Counted from the stretch's first letter, positions 1 to 15,452 are shown. The stretch: DNA of 48,024 nucleotides from Paraphysomonas bandaiensis (GCA_965644295.1 CBFFRP010000531.1:1-48024), one strand, 5' to 3'. A program made the numbers and translations. Notes: a model not told the origin generated them from the sequence alone.

Positions 1-52
1 ATGACACGCATCATTGCCACATGTACGTACGTACGCACGCACGCACGTACGA

Positions 53-1607
53 ATGTATGCATGTATGCATGTATGTATGTATGTATGTATGTATGTATGT
101 ATGTATGTATGTATGTATGTATGTATGTATGTATGTATGTATGTATGTATGTATGTATGTATGTATGTATGTATGTATGTATGTATGTATGTATGTATGT
201 ATGTATGTATGTATGTATGTATGTATGTATGTATGTATGTATGTATGTATGTATGTATGTATGTATGTATGTATGTATGTATGTATGTATGTATGTATGT
301 ATGTATGTATGTATGTATGTATGTATGTATGTATGTATGTATGTATGTATGTATGTATGTATGTATGTATGTATGTATGTATGTATGTATGTATGTATGT
401 ATGTATGTATGTATGTATGTATGTATGTATGTATGTATGTATGTATGTATGTATGTATGTATGTATGTATGTATGTATGTATGTATGTATGTATGTATGT
501 ATGTATGTATGTATGTATGTATGTATGTATGTATGTATGTATGTATGTATGTATGTATGTATGTATGTATGTATGTATGTATGTATGTATGTATGTATGT
601 ATGTATGTATGTATGTATGTATGTATGTATGTATGTATGTATGTATGTATGTATGTATGTATGTATGTATGTATGTATGTATGTATGTATGTATGTATGT
701 ATGTATGTATGTATGTATGTATGTATGTATGTATGTATGTATGTATGTATGTATGTATGTATGTATGTATGTATGTATGTATGTATGTATGTATGTATGT
801 ATGTATGTATGTATGTATGTATGTATGTATGTATGTATGTATGTATGTATGTATGTATGTATGTATGTATGTATGTATGTATGTATGTATGTATGTATGT
901 ATGTATGTATGTATGTATGTATGTATGTATGTATGTATGTATGTATGTATGTATGTATGTATGTATGTATGTATGTATGTATGTATGTATGTATGTATGT
1001 ATGTATGTATGTATGTATGTATGTATGTATGTATGTATGTATGTATGTATGTATGTATGTATGTATGTATGTATGTATGTATGTATGTATGTATGTATGT
1101 ATGTATGTATGTATGTATGTATGTATGTATGTATGTATGTATGTATGTATGTATGTATGTATGTATGTATGTATGTATGTATGTATGTATGTATGTATGT
1201 ATGTATGTATGTATGTATGTATGTATGTATGTATGTATGTATGTATGTATGTATGTATGTATGTATGTATGTATGTATGTATGTATGTATGTATGTATGT
1301 ATGTATGTATGTATGTATGTATGTATGTATGTATGTATGTATGTATGTATGTATGTATGTATGTATGTATGTATGTATGTATGTATGTATGTATGTATGT
1401 ATGTATGTATGTATGTATGTATGTATGTATGTATGTATGTATGTATGTATGTATGTATGTATGTATGTATGTATGTATGTATGTATGTATGTATGTATGT
1501 ATGTATGTATGTATGTATGTATGTATGTATGTATGTATGTATGTATGTATGTATGTATGTATGTGTGTATGTATGTATGTATGTATGTATGTATGTATGT
1601 ATGTATG

Positions 1608-1639
<32 letters not shown>

Positions 1640-1716
1640 TGTATGTATGTATGTATGTATGTATGTATGTATGTATGTATGTATGTATGTATGTATGTAT
1701 GTATGTATGTATGTAT
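53..1716. repeat. (TATG)n tetranucleotide microsatellite, about 1.66 kb
   Basis: Near-perfect TATG units with rare TGTG/TATA variants, preceded by (GTAC)/(GCAC) variant units at 21-50. Ends about 240 nt upstream of the CDK ATG. Confidence 0.99.
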
Positions 1717-1957
1717 CTGGAATACGATGTGCGTACGATGGGTTACTTGAGGCCTGTGCTGTGTGTGCACGTTCACCACATGTCTGTCTGTATCTTATTT
1801 GCACTGGGAATTCCCTTGACTTCCACTTCATTCATATACTGTATGTGCACACCTCTCACTCACATACACACACACAGTACTTGATTTCTCTACATACATA
1901 CATGAGCATCACTCTTCCACATCATATCAACTAGATCACAACACATCACTACATTCA

Positions 1958-3688
<1,731 letters not shown>

Positions 3689-4020
3689 TACACATGCCCA
3701 GTGGATTTTCGACATGTGGAATATTGACTTCCATGCTTTATTTTAATGCTGTTTGATTAGCTTTTTATTGCGAACTGAAAAAATAATGCACTTTCATATT
3801 GCAACGCATGACAAAGTTCGTAGTTTCGTTAATAGTTTTTGTGTAGCATCATCTTTTAATAGTTAATATATTTGTATTTAAACGTTTTATGTGCTTATGT
3901 GGGTGAGAAATATCTTGAGTAAGAGCCCAATTGTTAACACATATTTCGTGTTTGCACACTATTTCACACACAGGAGTACTTCGGAATATGACTTGAAATT
4001 TTTAGTGATGTAACAATGCA

Positions 4021-5150
4021 CAAGGCCAGTCAACAATATATTGCTATAAAAAATAGCAGTAGTAATAATACTTTCAAGGCCAGTAATAATTATTATATAT
4101 ATTGCAATATATTGATATATATATATATTGGGTGCTAAAAGAAGAAATGAGCTCGATCGGTAGTAACTAATTAGTAGAGGTTACAACATAATAACAAAAG
4201 CCTTATTATTGAAAGTCTTATTATTAGCAGTTTGTTGTACTGAATATATGCTTGGTCAATTGATATGGGTGTCTAGCTGTCGTCGTAACTTCTTGCTGGC
4301 TCTATGGCTTTCAAAAGAGCAGCAGCGTTCCTTACATTTGCCACTTCGACGGCCCAGGCTATCCAGTGACTCAGCTGCTTCTGCATTCATTCGAAATCTC
4401 TTGGCCTCACCTACAGGTACATTATTGAGAAAATCTCATGATATTTATTAGGAGTAGTAGTGAAAGTCTTATTATTAGCAATAGAAAGTCTTGTATTGTA
4501 CCTATAAGTACGTTCTAAATAGACGACCACATATAGGAGCTACCAACGTGACGATATATATATCGATTCGGGAAAGTGAGGCTTTTTGTTATCATCTTGA
4601 ATTTTCATGAACGACTTTTCGAAGCTGCGTAATGAATAATAGCAGCATTGTCATCCAGTTGACGCTCAACCACCGGATACGATGGGATGCGTTCGTCAAA
4701 CAACATAAGAGGGTCGTGGATGTTTGAGCTGGTGTGTATCTTCCTCCAGTAAAAAGAAAAAGTTGACACAAATTAAATTTCCAGTTGTCCCGTATTTGCA
4801 CCAGCTTGACATACTCCAATTTAATTAGAACTAGATTCAGAACGGAAGAATCAAAACTGCATGATAGCAAGTGGCAAGATAGAAGCAAGTAGCGGTCAAT
4901 CATTACAAAAAAGTGGAGTTCTACCTGCTGGTATCTTTTTGACTACTGTGCATAAAAGGTCTTTCTTATGGAACTTACGAGCATTCTTTATAGTTCACTA
5001 TTGCCGGCACAATTCATCAAAGAACACTCGTGCGGTGACTTCTGGTATCGATCATCTTGTTGATTTATTAAATGAATTGAATTTTCACAACAAATATCTT
5101 AATTAAGCATGCATGAAATAACTGCAGTCATCATCGTTATTCGTATTAAA
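4021..5150 (-). mobile_element. Highly degenerate hAT-like DNA transposon remnant
   Basis: Minus-strand fragments across frameshifts read TIKNARKFHKK..., DTSR*NST/FVMIDRYL (resembles hAT TRWSST..MIDRY) and LFDERIPSYPVVERQLDDNAAIIH../FEKSFMKIQD (parallels IVNDPNFENGIAKIQ in the 39.5 kb element). Sequence at 4021, CAAGGCCAGTCAACAATATATTGC, resembles the reverse complement of the 40.18 kb terminus, CAGGGCTAGGAAACAATATATTGC. Confidence 0.7.
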
Positions 5151-5235
5151 GTAATTTCGATGTTGAAAAATGATTGAAATCTGCTTCTCCAATTATATGA
5201 CTTTCCAATAGATGTCAAGTAAACTTTTTCCTGTA

Positions 5236-5375
5236 GCCCGGAAAATTATATAATCTGTCTCTAAGTTTCATAATAAACACATATTAATGGTTCTATAGTA
5301 CTATAGTAAGGTTTAATATTCAACCTTTGACTGGCTACCTGTAGTCTGTACCGCTTATGATTATGTGTAATAACT
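5236..5375. repeat. Dispersed repeat, copy A (pairs with 18022-18182)
   Basis: Shared blocks GCCCGG..AATT....AATCTGTCTCT, CTATAGTAAG..ATTCAACCTTT and TGTACCGCTTAT.A.TATGTGTA in the same order. Confidence 0.8.
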
Positions 5376-5394
5376 AATATACGTACTCCAATTA

Positions 5395-5536
5395 TACCTT
5401 GCAAGTGTCACATTGATAGTATTTTTTTAATAATTAATCGCAACTAATTGGCAATGAATTGAAGCAAGCTGTAGTCAATTATAATTGCAATTATGATTTG
5501 CTGTCCCAATTTCAATTAATTGATACGTATCCCTGC
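5395..5536. repeat. AATT-rich MITE-like short repeat family member
   Basis: Contains AATTGGCAAT.AATTG..GCAAGCTG and TGTAGTCAATTATA...GCTGTCCCAATT, shared with about 17890, 19795 and 43142. Confidence 0.65.
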
Positions 5537-5861
5537 CAGCTACAGGTGGGTCCTATTTGTTTATTGTTTATACCTAAAAATCTCTTTAGGAACCCCATTA
5601 ACCATTATATTTTCTAACTAACACGTACGTATAGTTACTACCTATAATTGTCACTGCTCTCTACAGGTACGACTTTCATGGTACTTATAAGTGATGAGTG
5701 ATAGGAATACATATAAGTAGGTGCCTAACTGGTGTGCACGAAGTCCCAATAGGCAGGTAGCAGTACTTATACGTGCCTAATATGGCCCACTGATGATAAG
5801 CTACCGTTCAGTATAATAACATACTTTCACTTCACAACATATTAGCATTAAGATATCATAT

Positions 5862-6803
5862 CTACGTTTCTAATATACCATCTGCATTAATGGTTTCATT
5901 AGCTTCTCCACTTCTGGTCGCAAAAACACTTCTTCCTGGGAAATTAAGAGTATCCTATACTCCGATAATCTATGAGACAACTATTCTTAGGTCGACAGGT
6001 TGTGACTGACCTTGTACCAGGACTTCGCAAATGTTACCACATATACTGGCCTCGGAGCATCTGTTCTATTGGCAGTACCTCTGTGTAACACTCTGTAATC
6101 AAACTGTACATACCAAAGCATTACGTCAGATATTAAGATGTGGGTATACTAACCAGAAGGGCCGAGCCTTTACGTAGAGTTGGTTTTACTGGCTTCCGGA
6201 GCTGCTTGCTAGCGAAAGCCCGCAGAAACATATTCTTAAGGTCAAGAGTGAGGCGCTGAGATCCAGGTCTGAATTCAGTAGGTCCCTCCGCAAGTGTAAT
6301 ATCAATAAGGGGGACGAAAACATTCAACACGTGGCAAGGCAAGTACTCAGTAACCTGAGGAAAAAAACCATTACAATAAAATATATAATACAGTAAAATA
6401 TACAACCACTTACACTCATATGAGGACCATCTGAATGCCAGGCTTGATCTTGAGCACCAGGAACACTAACAAGTAAGCTTTCATTGGCAATAACAATATC
6501 AGGTCCAAGTATATGATGAACTAGCTGTAATAAAACTGGATGCTCTGATATTAAACGGAAACTGTTTTTCATTTTATATGGTACTTCATATCGACCTGTA
6601 TGCCTTTGTACAATCTCATCGTATCCTTCCTTTATACCGATACCGAGATACAAGCCACGATCTGCTATGATCCGTTGAATCTCTTCATAGTTCTCTAATG
6701 CTGTAGTACGGAGACTGTCAATATTCAGATCAGAGAAGAGAGAGTCAACAATACAGTAACCATCTTGATGAAATGTATCAGTAATGGATTCTATTGATGT
6801 CAT
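5862..6803 (-). CDS. Phytanoyl-CoA dioxygenase (PhyH)-family Fe(II)/2-oxoglutarate dioxygenase, 4 exons
   Basis: Exons 6803-6414, 6354-6154, 6103-6011, 5954-5862. FHQDGYCIV start, HxD motif (QAWHSDGPH), GPTEFRPGS, distal His in FDYRVLHRGTAN, then RPV. Confidence 0.9.
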
Positions 6804-6893
6804 TAGTATGATAGAATTGAATGGAATGTATGAGATTTACTGGAATGGAGTGTGTGTTAATAGGAGGGAGATGTGGATTACTATCTTTAGTTT

Positions 6894-6913
6894 GGAAAAC
6901 CCTGGTTTTATGA
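6894..6913 (+). promoter_or_regulatory. Candidate divergent-promoter motif GGAAAACCCTGGTTTTATGA
   Basis: Lies between head-to-head PhyH and AMT starts. The 14-nt CCCTGGTTTTATGA recurs exactly at about 27522, with looser copies at 21908 and 30107 (minus strand). Confidence 0.45.
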
Positions 6914-7384
6914 GACAAAACATCGATTTTTATAAAAAACAGAGGATATTAGAGAGAGATAAACTACGAAGAGGCCTTTGGGCAAGTAGTGTACAGCAGT
7001 ACGACTGTACAGAGTAGTGCAGTACATGATCAATGCATTGGGTAACATATATCCAGATATGTACCGCTGTGTATTGGATAGGTATGTATGCATCATACAG
7101 TATCTAATATGTACTGCTGTATGTACAGTATATGTACTATACTGCTGTAATAACATGCATTTGGTTCGTAGATCAAAATACAGGGATGAAAATACACGCA
7201 TGAAGTGTCTGAAGTGTATGAAGTGTATGGGATGAACCTCCTCTAGTTTAATAGGCGCATATCTCCATACACACCTACATACATACATACATACAGGCAC
7301 ATGTAGGTATATATATATATATATGAGCATATAACAACACACACATATATATATACACCCCCCTCACCCCCCCCTCTCTATTCC

Positions 7385-9112
7385 ATGAATATGAGTGACA
7401 GTATCACATGTGATGACTCTCTCTCCCCATACAACCACACTCATCATATACATACACTCCAAGACGCCATTCAATCTCTTCGTATACAAATCAACACAAT
7501 GAAAACTATACAAAGAGGATTAGACGGTACGGGAGATCCGGATAGTGCAGGAGATACAGCATGGATATTAACAGCTACCGTCCTCGTACTTCTCATGACC
7601 ACACCTGGTATCATGCTCTATTATGCAGGAATGGTACGTCTACAGAATGTATTATCAACTGCGATGCAAGGCTATAGTATTATGTGTGTTGTTACGTTCC
7701 TATGGATGTGCTTTGGATACAGTTTAGCATTTGCACCAGCTGATAGTGAGAATATTAATGCCGTAATATTCGGAGACAGCAGTCGTTTCTGGCTAAATGG
7801 TCTGAAGATGGGTGGGAGCCATCAGATGGCTCCTACGATTCCAGAGTCTGTGTTTTGTGTTTTCCAGCTCTCGTTTGCAGTCATCACTCCGAGTCTCATA
7901 TGCGGGGCTTTCGCTGATCGAATGAAGTTCACGGCAGTGCTGGTATCACTAGGCCTTTGGCATCTCATTGTCTACTGCCCAATTGCCCACGCCAACTGGC
8001 ACCCTAACGGTTTTCTCTACAAGGCCGGAGTTCTAGACTTTGCTGGTGGAAATGTTGTGCACATATCAGCTGGAATGAGTGCCCTTGTGTCTGCTATCAT
8101 TATTGGTAAGCGGACAGGGTTTGGGAAGAGCACTTTCCACCCACACAACATGCTGGTTTCGCTTACAGGTGCTCAGTTGTTTGATTAATACCGTATATGA
8201 CTGAGAAGAATACACAGGCTCCTGCTTTCTTCTGATTGGGTGGTACGGGTTCAATGCGGGCTCTGCTTTAGCTGCTAATGCCTTAGCAGGACTTGCAATG
8301 CTAAATACGCAGATCGCCAGGTGCCTATTCATGTCATTGTTGTTGTTATCAGGGATTGTCTGATGTGACGTGATGTAGCGGAGTTGCCAGTGTGACCTGG
8401 ATGTTTCACGACATCTTTGTGCTTGGCAAGCCAACAGTTGAAGGCATAATGAATGGTATGATGTATGTATCTTGGCGTGGTCTGTTGTAAAAAACACGCA
8501 GGTTGTATTGCTGGCCTTGTCGCTATAACTCCTGCTGCGGGATTCGTTAATCCCACAGGAGCCTTTGTAATAGGAGTAGTGGGTGGCATCGCTTGTGCAA
8601 AGGGCGTGCGTATAAAAGACTATTTTGACTTCGACGACGCATTGGACGCATTCGGTATTCATGCCATTGGTGGGGTTGTAGGTGGACTAATGCTTGGTTT
8701 GTTGGCCACCTCTTCAGTGAATGGAGAGGATGGCGCATTTTATGGAGACAATGGTAAACAGCTATCTCTACAGCTGTATGGCATTGTGATAACAATAGTA
8801 TGGAGTATAATCGGGACCGGGGGAATCATGCTACTGGTAGACAAGACGTTAGGTCTAAGGGTGAGCCCACAGAGTGAACTAGCGGGTCTGGACAGAACCG
8901 AGCATGGCAATACATTGGATGCACAGATGGTCAATGTGCCCAAGAGGCGAAAGACAGAGGGTTTAGGGGTGTTCTATTGCTGCTGCTGTGTTATCGGTGA
9001 TGTGGCTGGGGCAAAAGAAAAAATAGCAGCTAAGAAGGCAGTCAAGTCTGGGGGACGTACACCTAGCAAGCCGGCGGCTCAAGCGGCTAGTGCTGCCGCT
9101 GGGTCGGATTGA
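7385..9112 (+). CDS. amt: Ammonium transporter (Amt/MEP family), 4 exons
   Basis: GDTAWILTATVLVLLMT, YSLAF, FQLSFAVIT, DFAGGNVVHISAG, GWYGFNAGS, AGLVAITPAAG, DDALDAFGIHAIGG. Three short GT-AG introns near 8169-8216, 8320-8377 and 8456-8501. Confidence 0.97.
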
Positions 9113-9903
9113 AGTAATATTGGTATTTGGGAGACATCATATTTTACTGTGACATGACGTTATGAAAGACCTATGTGTTTCTTTGTATTATAGTAGAAAA
9201 TTTGAGTTTTTCATAAAGTTGAGCAATCTTGTTTTTTTAAAATGCTGCAGTTTATGGTTTTCGGACTATAACCTTGTAGTGTCGAGTGTAGTAGTTACAG
9301 GCGGTATTATATGGGTTAGATTAATTGTTATGAAATGTATATGATAAACTGAATACAGTGATTTCATATGCTTGTGAACTTTGCTTGATTGAATTGAAGT
9401 CAATCATGTAGTAATTTGCAATGGATGATGAAAAATGTACATCACAGTGCGTTTTAAATTATCGTGAATGATATCTACATGGTTCAGTTATCATACATAG
9501 GGGTCAAAATTTCAAATACTTAAATGGGGAATGTTTGAATTAGAGGTTCTTAACTCTTAACGAATTATACCGATACTAACCCTCAAAACAGTGTATATTG
9601 AACTGAGAAGTTACAACACACTCATTTTCAACGTATAGTTTGCATTTTTTACTACAACATGCATACCGTTAGCATAATCATATACGTAGAGTATAGAGTA
9701 TAGAGTGTTGACATACAATTCAAAACACCATAGAATTGCCTTTTTCATTGTACCTCACACAAACAAACATGAACACAAGTCTATATCCCCTCGAAGGCAA
9801 AAATGACAACAAAACGCAACCAAATGATTTCTCACAGTCGTGTTACGTCATCCACAGCACGTTCACATTAGGTAAAACTATAGCTAGACACGATAGTTTT
9901 AAT

Positions 9904-11796
9904 TTAGTCGTCGTAATCTATTTGAACAGGCATATCCCATTGCGTTACTCTACAATACCAATCGGAATCATATTACGAAGCAAGATAGCATTGATACTTC
10001 TTACCCAGTCTCCGGATTGTGGTAGTACGGTCTGCCTGAATCTTTATCTTTAAACTCTACCCAATGTTCTTCTGGCTGACCATAACCCCGACTGATGCGA
10101 AAACACACACACTCATCATTATCCATTCCTACATTGTGCTTTGTTACACAGAACAAAATATAGAACGAAACAATCAACCTGGGGACGAAAGACTTCCATT
10201 TACACTGTTACTATTGGCAGTACTTAGCCGCTTCCTTGGACTCTCACTACTGCCAGAAGCATCTTCGATGTCATCAGGAGGCGCAGCAAGTACAGGAGTC
10301 TCTTGTAAGTACTGTGCAATATCTGCGACCTGTGATACATCCATAAAGTCCAACATTCTTAGAGTACTTTCTTTCTGTGCCTCAGCCCCATCTACCATCG
10401 TCTGTGTCCCGCGATCTGACATACGATTCACTGGCTGCTTCTTGTCTACATTGGTATCCCGCCGAAGGCCAGACCCATCCCACTTGAAAGCAGGAGGTTC
10501 GCTTGGTTTGTCAGCCTTATCTTCATTGGCTGCTTCCTCCTCTCCCTCTCGGGGAAGGTATTGAAGGCTGAGTACTCCAGTCTCCAGCAAATCCACTATG
10601 TCCCGTATATCCAAGACAGGTTCTCGTGGCTCCATTCCTCTAGCCTTGGTCCTGATCGGGTCACCCCCTTCAAGCAATCCATATCTCTGAAGTAGTGACT
10701 CAACTAGTTCGAAAATTTGAGGGTCGTGGGTCTTTGCATCCATGAGCGCGGTGGACAAATGTACCACATCCGGGCCAGCCACTCGAGCCACACGAGCTTC
10801 TGCATCCGCAAGTAGCCCGCGAAGGAAGTCAACCTCTATCTCAGAGTCTGCGATCTTGACGTCACACTCTTTACGTACTTTTTGTGCATCTATCTTTGCC
10901 TTCTTCAGCTCGTCAACTAAACGTGATATCTCCAGCTTACATTGTCGAGTCTCCGCCCTGGCGCTAGAGACTTTATCATTGGCATCCTTTACCATTTGCT
11001 TCTGATGCTCTACCTCTTTCACACTCTCCGCCAACTCTTCTTCCAATCGCGAGACTGAACCCCGCAGAGCCAAAAGAATTTCATCTCTATCTGCCGGCAA
11101 CATTCCGTTGATTTCAAGTGATTGTCGTTCCTCCTTCATTTTGTTTATGACCTGATCCCGTTCGCTCAATTGCCGCCGCTGTTGCACCAATAAGTCATGC
11201 ATCTGCTCAACCTCACTACGCTTTTCCTTGAGTTCAGTTGAAAGTTTATCAACCATTAGTGTTTTAGACTCTTTGTGTGCATTTAACTTCGTTATAGTTC
11301 TCTGTAATTCAGCATTCTCAGCACGGAGCTCACCATACCACTGCTCAGAATCCACCTCATTCTTTGATCTAGCATTACGTAACTCACCTTCCAATCGATG
11401 AACATTATTATCAAGTTGTCGTATAGTTTCTTCTAACATATCAATCTTTTTACGTTGATCTTTTGTCTCTAAATGTAATTTCATATTAGCTGAAGTTTGT
11501 TCTGATATTTGTCTCATTTTTGATTTAATTTCACGGGACAATTTTTCAATTTGTTGATTTTTTTCATTAATTTCATTTGATGAATTTGTTTTATTTGTAT
11601 GAGATGATGGTATATGTGTAGCAGGTGCAGTATCTGATCGACGTAAATGAGGGCTCTTGGATGGACTGTGATTATAACTCTTTGCACGTGTATATGCGGG
11701 TCGATTACTAGATAGAGGACCAGGGGACATGTTATCATCAGAGTCAGAATCTGATTCTAAAGAGATTTGTTTGAATCCACTTGCTACACTGCTCAT
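9904..11796 (-). CDS. Long coiled-coil protein with C-terminal WW domain
   Basis: 540-aa heptad-rich ORF. An intron at 10178-10129 and a second short intron near 10004-9950 extend it to ...EEHWVEFKDKDSGRPYYHNPETGVTQWDMP..., a WW signature. Stop TAA at 9904. Confidence 0.85.
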
Positions 11797-11905
11797 GATG
11801 ATAGAGATGTGGAGTGGTTAACAGTACAGTGACCAGATTATGACAACAACAACAAACCACAACATAACATAACAGATACTTCTGCACCGTATATCCGTAC
11901 ATACA

Positions 11906-12412
11906 GTGTATGTATGTATGTATGTATGTATGTATGTATGTATGTATGTATGTATGTATGTATGTATGTATGTATGTATGTATGTATGTATGTATGTATG
12001 TATGTATGTATGTATGTATGTATGTATGTATGTATGTATGTATGTATGTATGTATGTATGTATGTATGTATGTATGTATGTATGTATGTATGTATGTATG
12101 TATGTATGTATGTATGTATGTATGTATGTATGTATGTATGTATGTATGTATGTATGTATGTATGTATGTATGTATGTATGTATGTATGTATGTATGTATG
12201 TATGTATGTATGTATGTATGTATGTATGTATGTATGTATGTATGTATGTATGTATGTATGTATGTATGTATGTATGTATGTATGTATGTATGTATGTATG
12301 TATGTATGTATGTATGTATGTATGTATGTATGTATGTATGTATGTGTGTATGTATGTATGTATGTATGTATGTATGTATGTATGTATGTATGTATGTATG
12401 TATGTATGTGTG
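11906..12412. repeat. (TATG)n microsatellite, about 0.5 kb, between divergent genes
   Basis: Directly visible. About 110 nt from the minus-strand ATG at 11796 and about 90 nt from the plus-strand ATG at 12502. Confidence 0.99.
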
Positions 12413-12501
12413 TGGGGTTCAGAGGTGGTTGTTTATGGAATGGTCATATATGGCAATTGTTTACAGCTCCACCCAGCGTTTCTTAATTATCGTTTTACTC
12501 C

Positions 12502-14158
12502 ATGAAACGTCGTGACGAAAATCGCCAACTTAGACCTGAGGAGTTAGAAGCTCTTGAGAATGTAACCGAGGAGAGGGACACGTATACGAGAGCCTCTGCT
12601 GATGTATTACAAACCAGACGTATACTTAAACCAAAGAGGTATGAACGTATTTCTATAGAATACACACTGTGTAATTGAATAATAGGAAATCATATAATGC
12701 GTCGAGTGATAATGATGCCTCTTCAACCTCTATGTCGCCCTTTGGGTCTTTGTCTGGTTCTACAGGTGGTGCTGGGGCCTCGAATCCATTCTCTGGACTC
12801 TCATCACTGTCTAAGCGTTCATCTGTTGCATCTGGAGATAGCAAGTCGCTCGGTTTCAATCTTGCACCCACGCAGAATTCTATGAAACAGCCGTTTGGGT
12901 CCACTGAAATCACAAAATCCTCAAGCAGTGCTCTGTCCAGCACCAACTCTAACTCGAACAGTAATAGTGCCAATAGCAGTAAGATCCAGCGCCTAAATCA
13001 GTCATTTCTCCAGTGGATGTCGAAACAAATCGTCGAACATCCCATATCTATCTGGTCAGCTGGGTTACAGGTGCGGTTTTAGCTTGGTTTACTAACTACT
13101 TCTGATGCAATATGTTTTAAATCTATTAGAATTACATCGACTACGCTGAGAAGATCGCAGAGGAAAGTCCAGTCCCAACTTCTGCATCTACCGCCTCTGC
13201 AACCACTACGCCTTCGTTACCGTCCTCTACAAATTTTTCGGTGAATCCCTCCTCTGATTCTAAACCTGCATCCACTTTTTCGTTCAAGCCCTCTGGTAAT
13301 GCCTCCTCTGATGCTAAACCTGCTTCCTCTTTCTCATTCAAACCCTCTACGAATACCTCCTCTGATGCAAATTCTTCTTCCTCTTTCTCATTCAAGCCAA
13401 CTGGTGATACCTCCTCTGATGCTAAACCTGCTTCCTCTTTCTCATTCAAACCCTCTGGTAATGCGTCCTCTGATGCTAATCCTTCTTCCTCTTTCTCATT
13501 CAAGCCCTCCGGTAATGCCTCCTCTGATGCCAACCCTTCTTCCTCTTTCTCATTCAAGCCCTCTGGTAATGCCTCCTCTGGTGCTAATCCTTCTTCCTCT
13601 TTCTCATTCAAACCTTCTACAAATGCATCTTCTGCCACAACAAGCGGTGGATTTGGGTCATCTGGGCTTTCATTCAGTGCTCCATCAGCATCAGCTCCAT
13701 CGTTTTCTTTATCTAGTGCGGGAACTAACTCTGCTACAACTAACGGTGGTGGGGAAGCTGGAGATGAGGAGGACGGTGATGCGATGCCAGCTCTTGAGCC
13801 CGAAGAAGTGTTGAGAAATGATCAAGATAAGGACGAGATCCTTTACGAGACCGCGTGTAAACTCTTCAGGTTCTCCAAGGAAGATAAAGAATGGCGTGAG
13901 AGCGGTAAAGGCACATTGAGGGTGACCAGAGAGCCTGGCAGCACAATCAAGAGAATATTAATTCGAAATTCACTCGGCAAAATTACGCTTAACTCGAATA
14001 TTTGCAAGGGCATGAACTTCAAGAAGTCTGGGAAAAATGGAGTTCAGTTTATGGCGGGAGATGACAGCGGCAAGCTGCAGGCATATATGGCAAAAGTTAA
14101 AAACGATGTTGTATCAGATACAGTAGATTTTCTTTCTAAGGCCGAAATGGAGTCATAA
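12502..14158 (+). CDS. NUP50: Nup50/Nup2-like nucleoporin (N-terminal importin-alpha-binding region, FxF repeats, Ran-binding domain), 3 exons
   Basis: Exon 1 MKRRDENRQLRPEE...TRASADVLQTRRILKPKR matches the Nup50 N-terminus pattern. The LNQSFLQW helix is followed by FSFK repeats and a RanBD (KLFRF..EWRESGKGTLR..RILIR). Introns at about 12639-12685 and 13071-13129. Confidence 0.85.
13245..13635 (+). repeat. Coding tandem repeat, 60-nt unit (SSDAxPxSSFSFKPSGNA-like), about 6.5 copies
   Basis: TTCTCATTCAA(A/G)CC recurs every 60 nt. Confidence 0.95.
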
Positions 14159-14663
14159 GTAGAGCTGTTGTCGTTGAACCAAGATGATAGAACACTTTTT
14201 GTGTGTAAAATTGTTTTTATATGACTTCGCTCATATATTCTGCTGGCACAACAGCTCCATTATTGAGCTCTCAAGCGTAACTTGGTATCGCTACTTTAGA
14301 AATATTCACGGCCATTCATTCTAGTTGAAATTAGTAGTGGATCAAACATAAAATTCAGCAGCTTTTTGGATAGAATCCTTGCTACTTTAGAATTTAGAAG
14401 ATTACGTAGTAGTTATACTTTGACATGGGCTGTAAGGAGGTTTTATCATCCTGCACTCCATATTTTGAATCGAGGACGAAATAGAGAATCCGAATTAACG
14501 CGGGGTCTCCCCTTTTTGTTCAAAACATCGTTTAGTAATCAGTTCATAATTCCAAAACTATAATAACTGCTCAATTTCACACTTATTATATTTGCAAGCA
14601 TCAGTAAATACGGAAGAGAGGTCACAAGATAGAATAAACACTTAGCTGGTTATTACAACATAA

Positions 14664-15452
14664 CTATAGAAATTCTTCATCACCATTGGGGCATTGGTAC
14701 TGGGTTACATTCTGCCAGCCTAATAAAGGTACTTCAATACGCTTGTTTTTCATCATGGCTCTAATCTTCTCCCCTGTACTCAGAGTCACTAGTAAAACAG
14801 GTACAGTGACATCTCTCCACAACATGGCGCTGTCATAGGCTCCGAATCCACCTTCTGATGGAGACCCTACTCTACGCCCGCAGTGCTGGAACGCCTCACT
14901 ACACTGACCATCATCGACAACTATTATTGCCAATGTACCGGTCTATACAATTCAAGTTATATGACCAAGCGTGAAAATAGCGTAACATGGCACCTTTTGT
15001 ATGTTTTTAACTTTTTCTACGAGAGAAACTTTCCCTCTATCTACAAGGGCTATGCTATCTCTCAGTTCATGTCTGTTCATAATCTTCCTACTTTCGCCAA
15101 AATTGGGTATACTGTACACAATATCTGCAGTATGTATATTCAGCATCAGCGTTAACTCCGTACACATATTACTCTACCAGATGTTAAATGGAAATGCCTT
15201 GGGCCATGTCGAGCTATCATTCCAAGAACTGCCAAATATAGGGACTCATCACATCAACTTCAAATATGAAATTATTTTACCTATCGAACCTTCCCGCTCT
15301 GGAGATGGGCATCTTGTGCAAAACTTTATTATTTTCAATGCACTATGAACAGAATCGCTGTGACTGCTGTTAATATTGATCAATAGAGCTGAAGAGAACA
15401 GAGAAGCATATGTCAATAAGACCACTAATCTGATTGCATCATTGTATCTCAT
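14664..15452 (-). CDS. Secreted protease-associated (PA) domain protein, 4 exons
   Basis: Hydrophobic N-terminus. Spliced product contains IALVDRGKVSLVEKVKNIQKTGTLAIIVVD and VPVLLVTLSTGEKI, both PA-domain-like. The start codon is uncertain. Confidence 0.75.

Noticed and set aside
53-1716. Telomeric repeat at the window start
   Set aside because: It is preceded by non-repeat sequence, and the same unit occurs internally four more times.
1-1934. Long MYVC/HTYI-repeat ORFs (also at 11.9, 33.4, 41.3 and 43.4 kb)
   Set aside because: Artefacts of the stop-free (TATG)n microsatellite, which is open in all six frames.
13141-13814. ORFs 13141-13638 (-) and 13299-13814 (+)
   Set aside because: Antisense and alternate-frame shadows of the Nup50 repeat.
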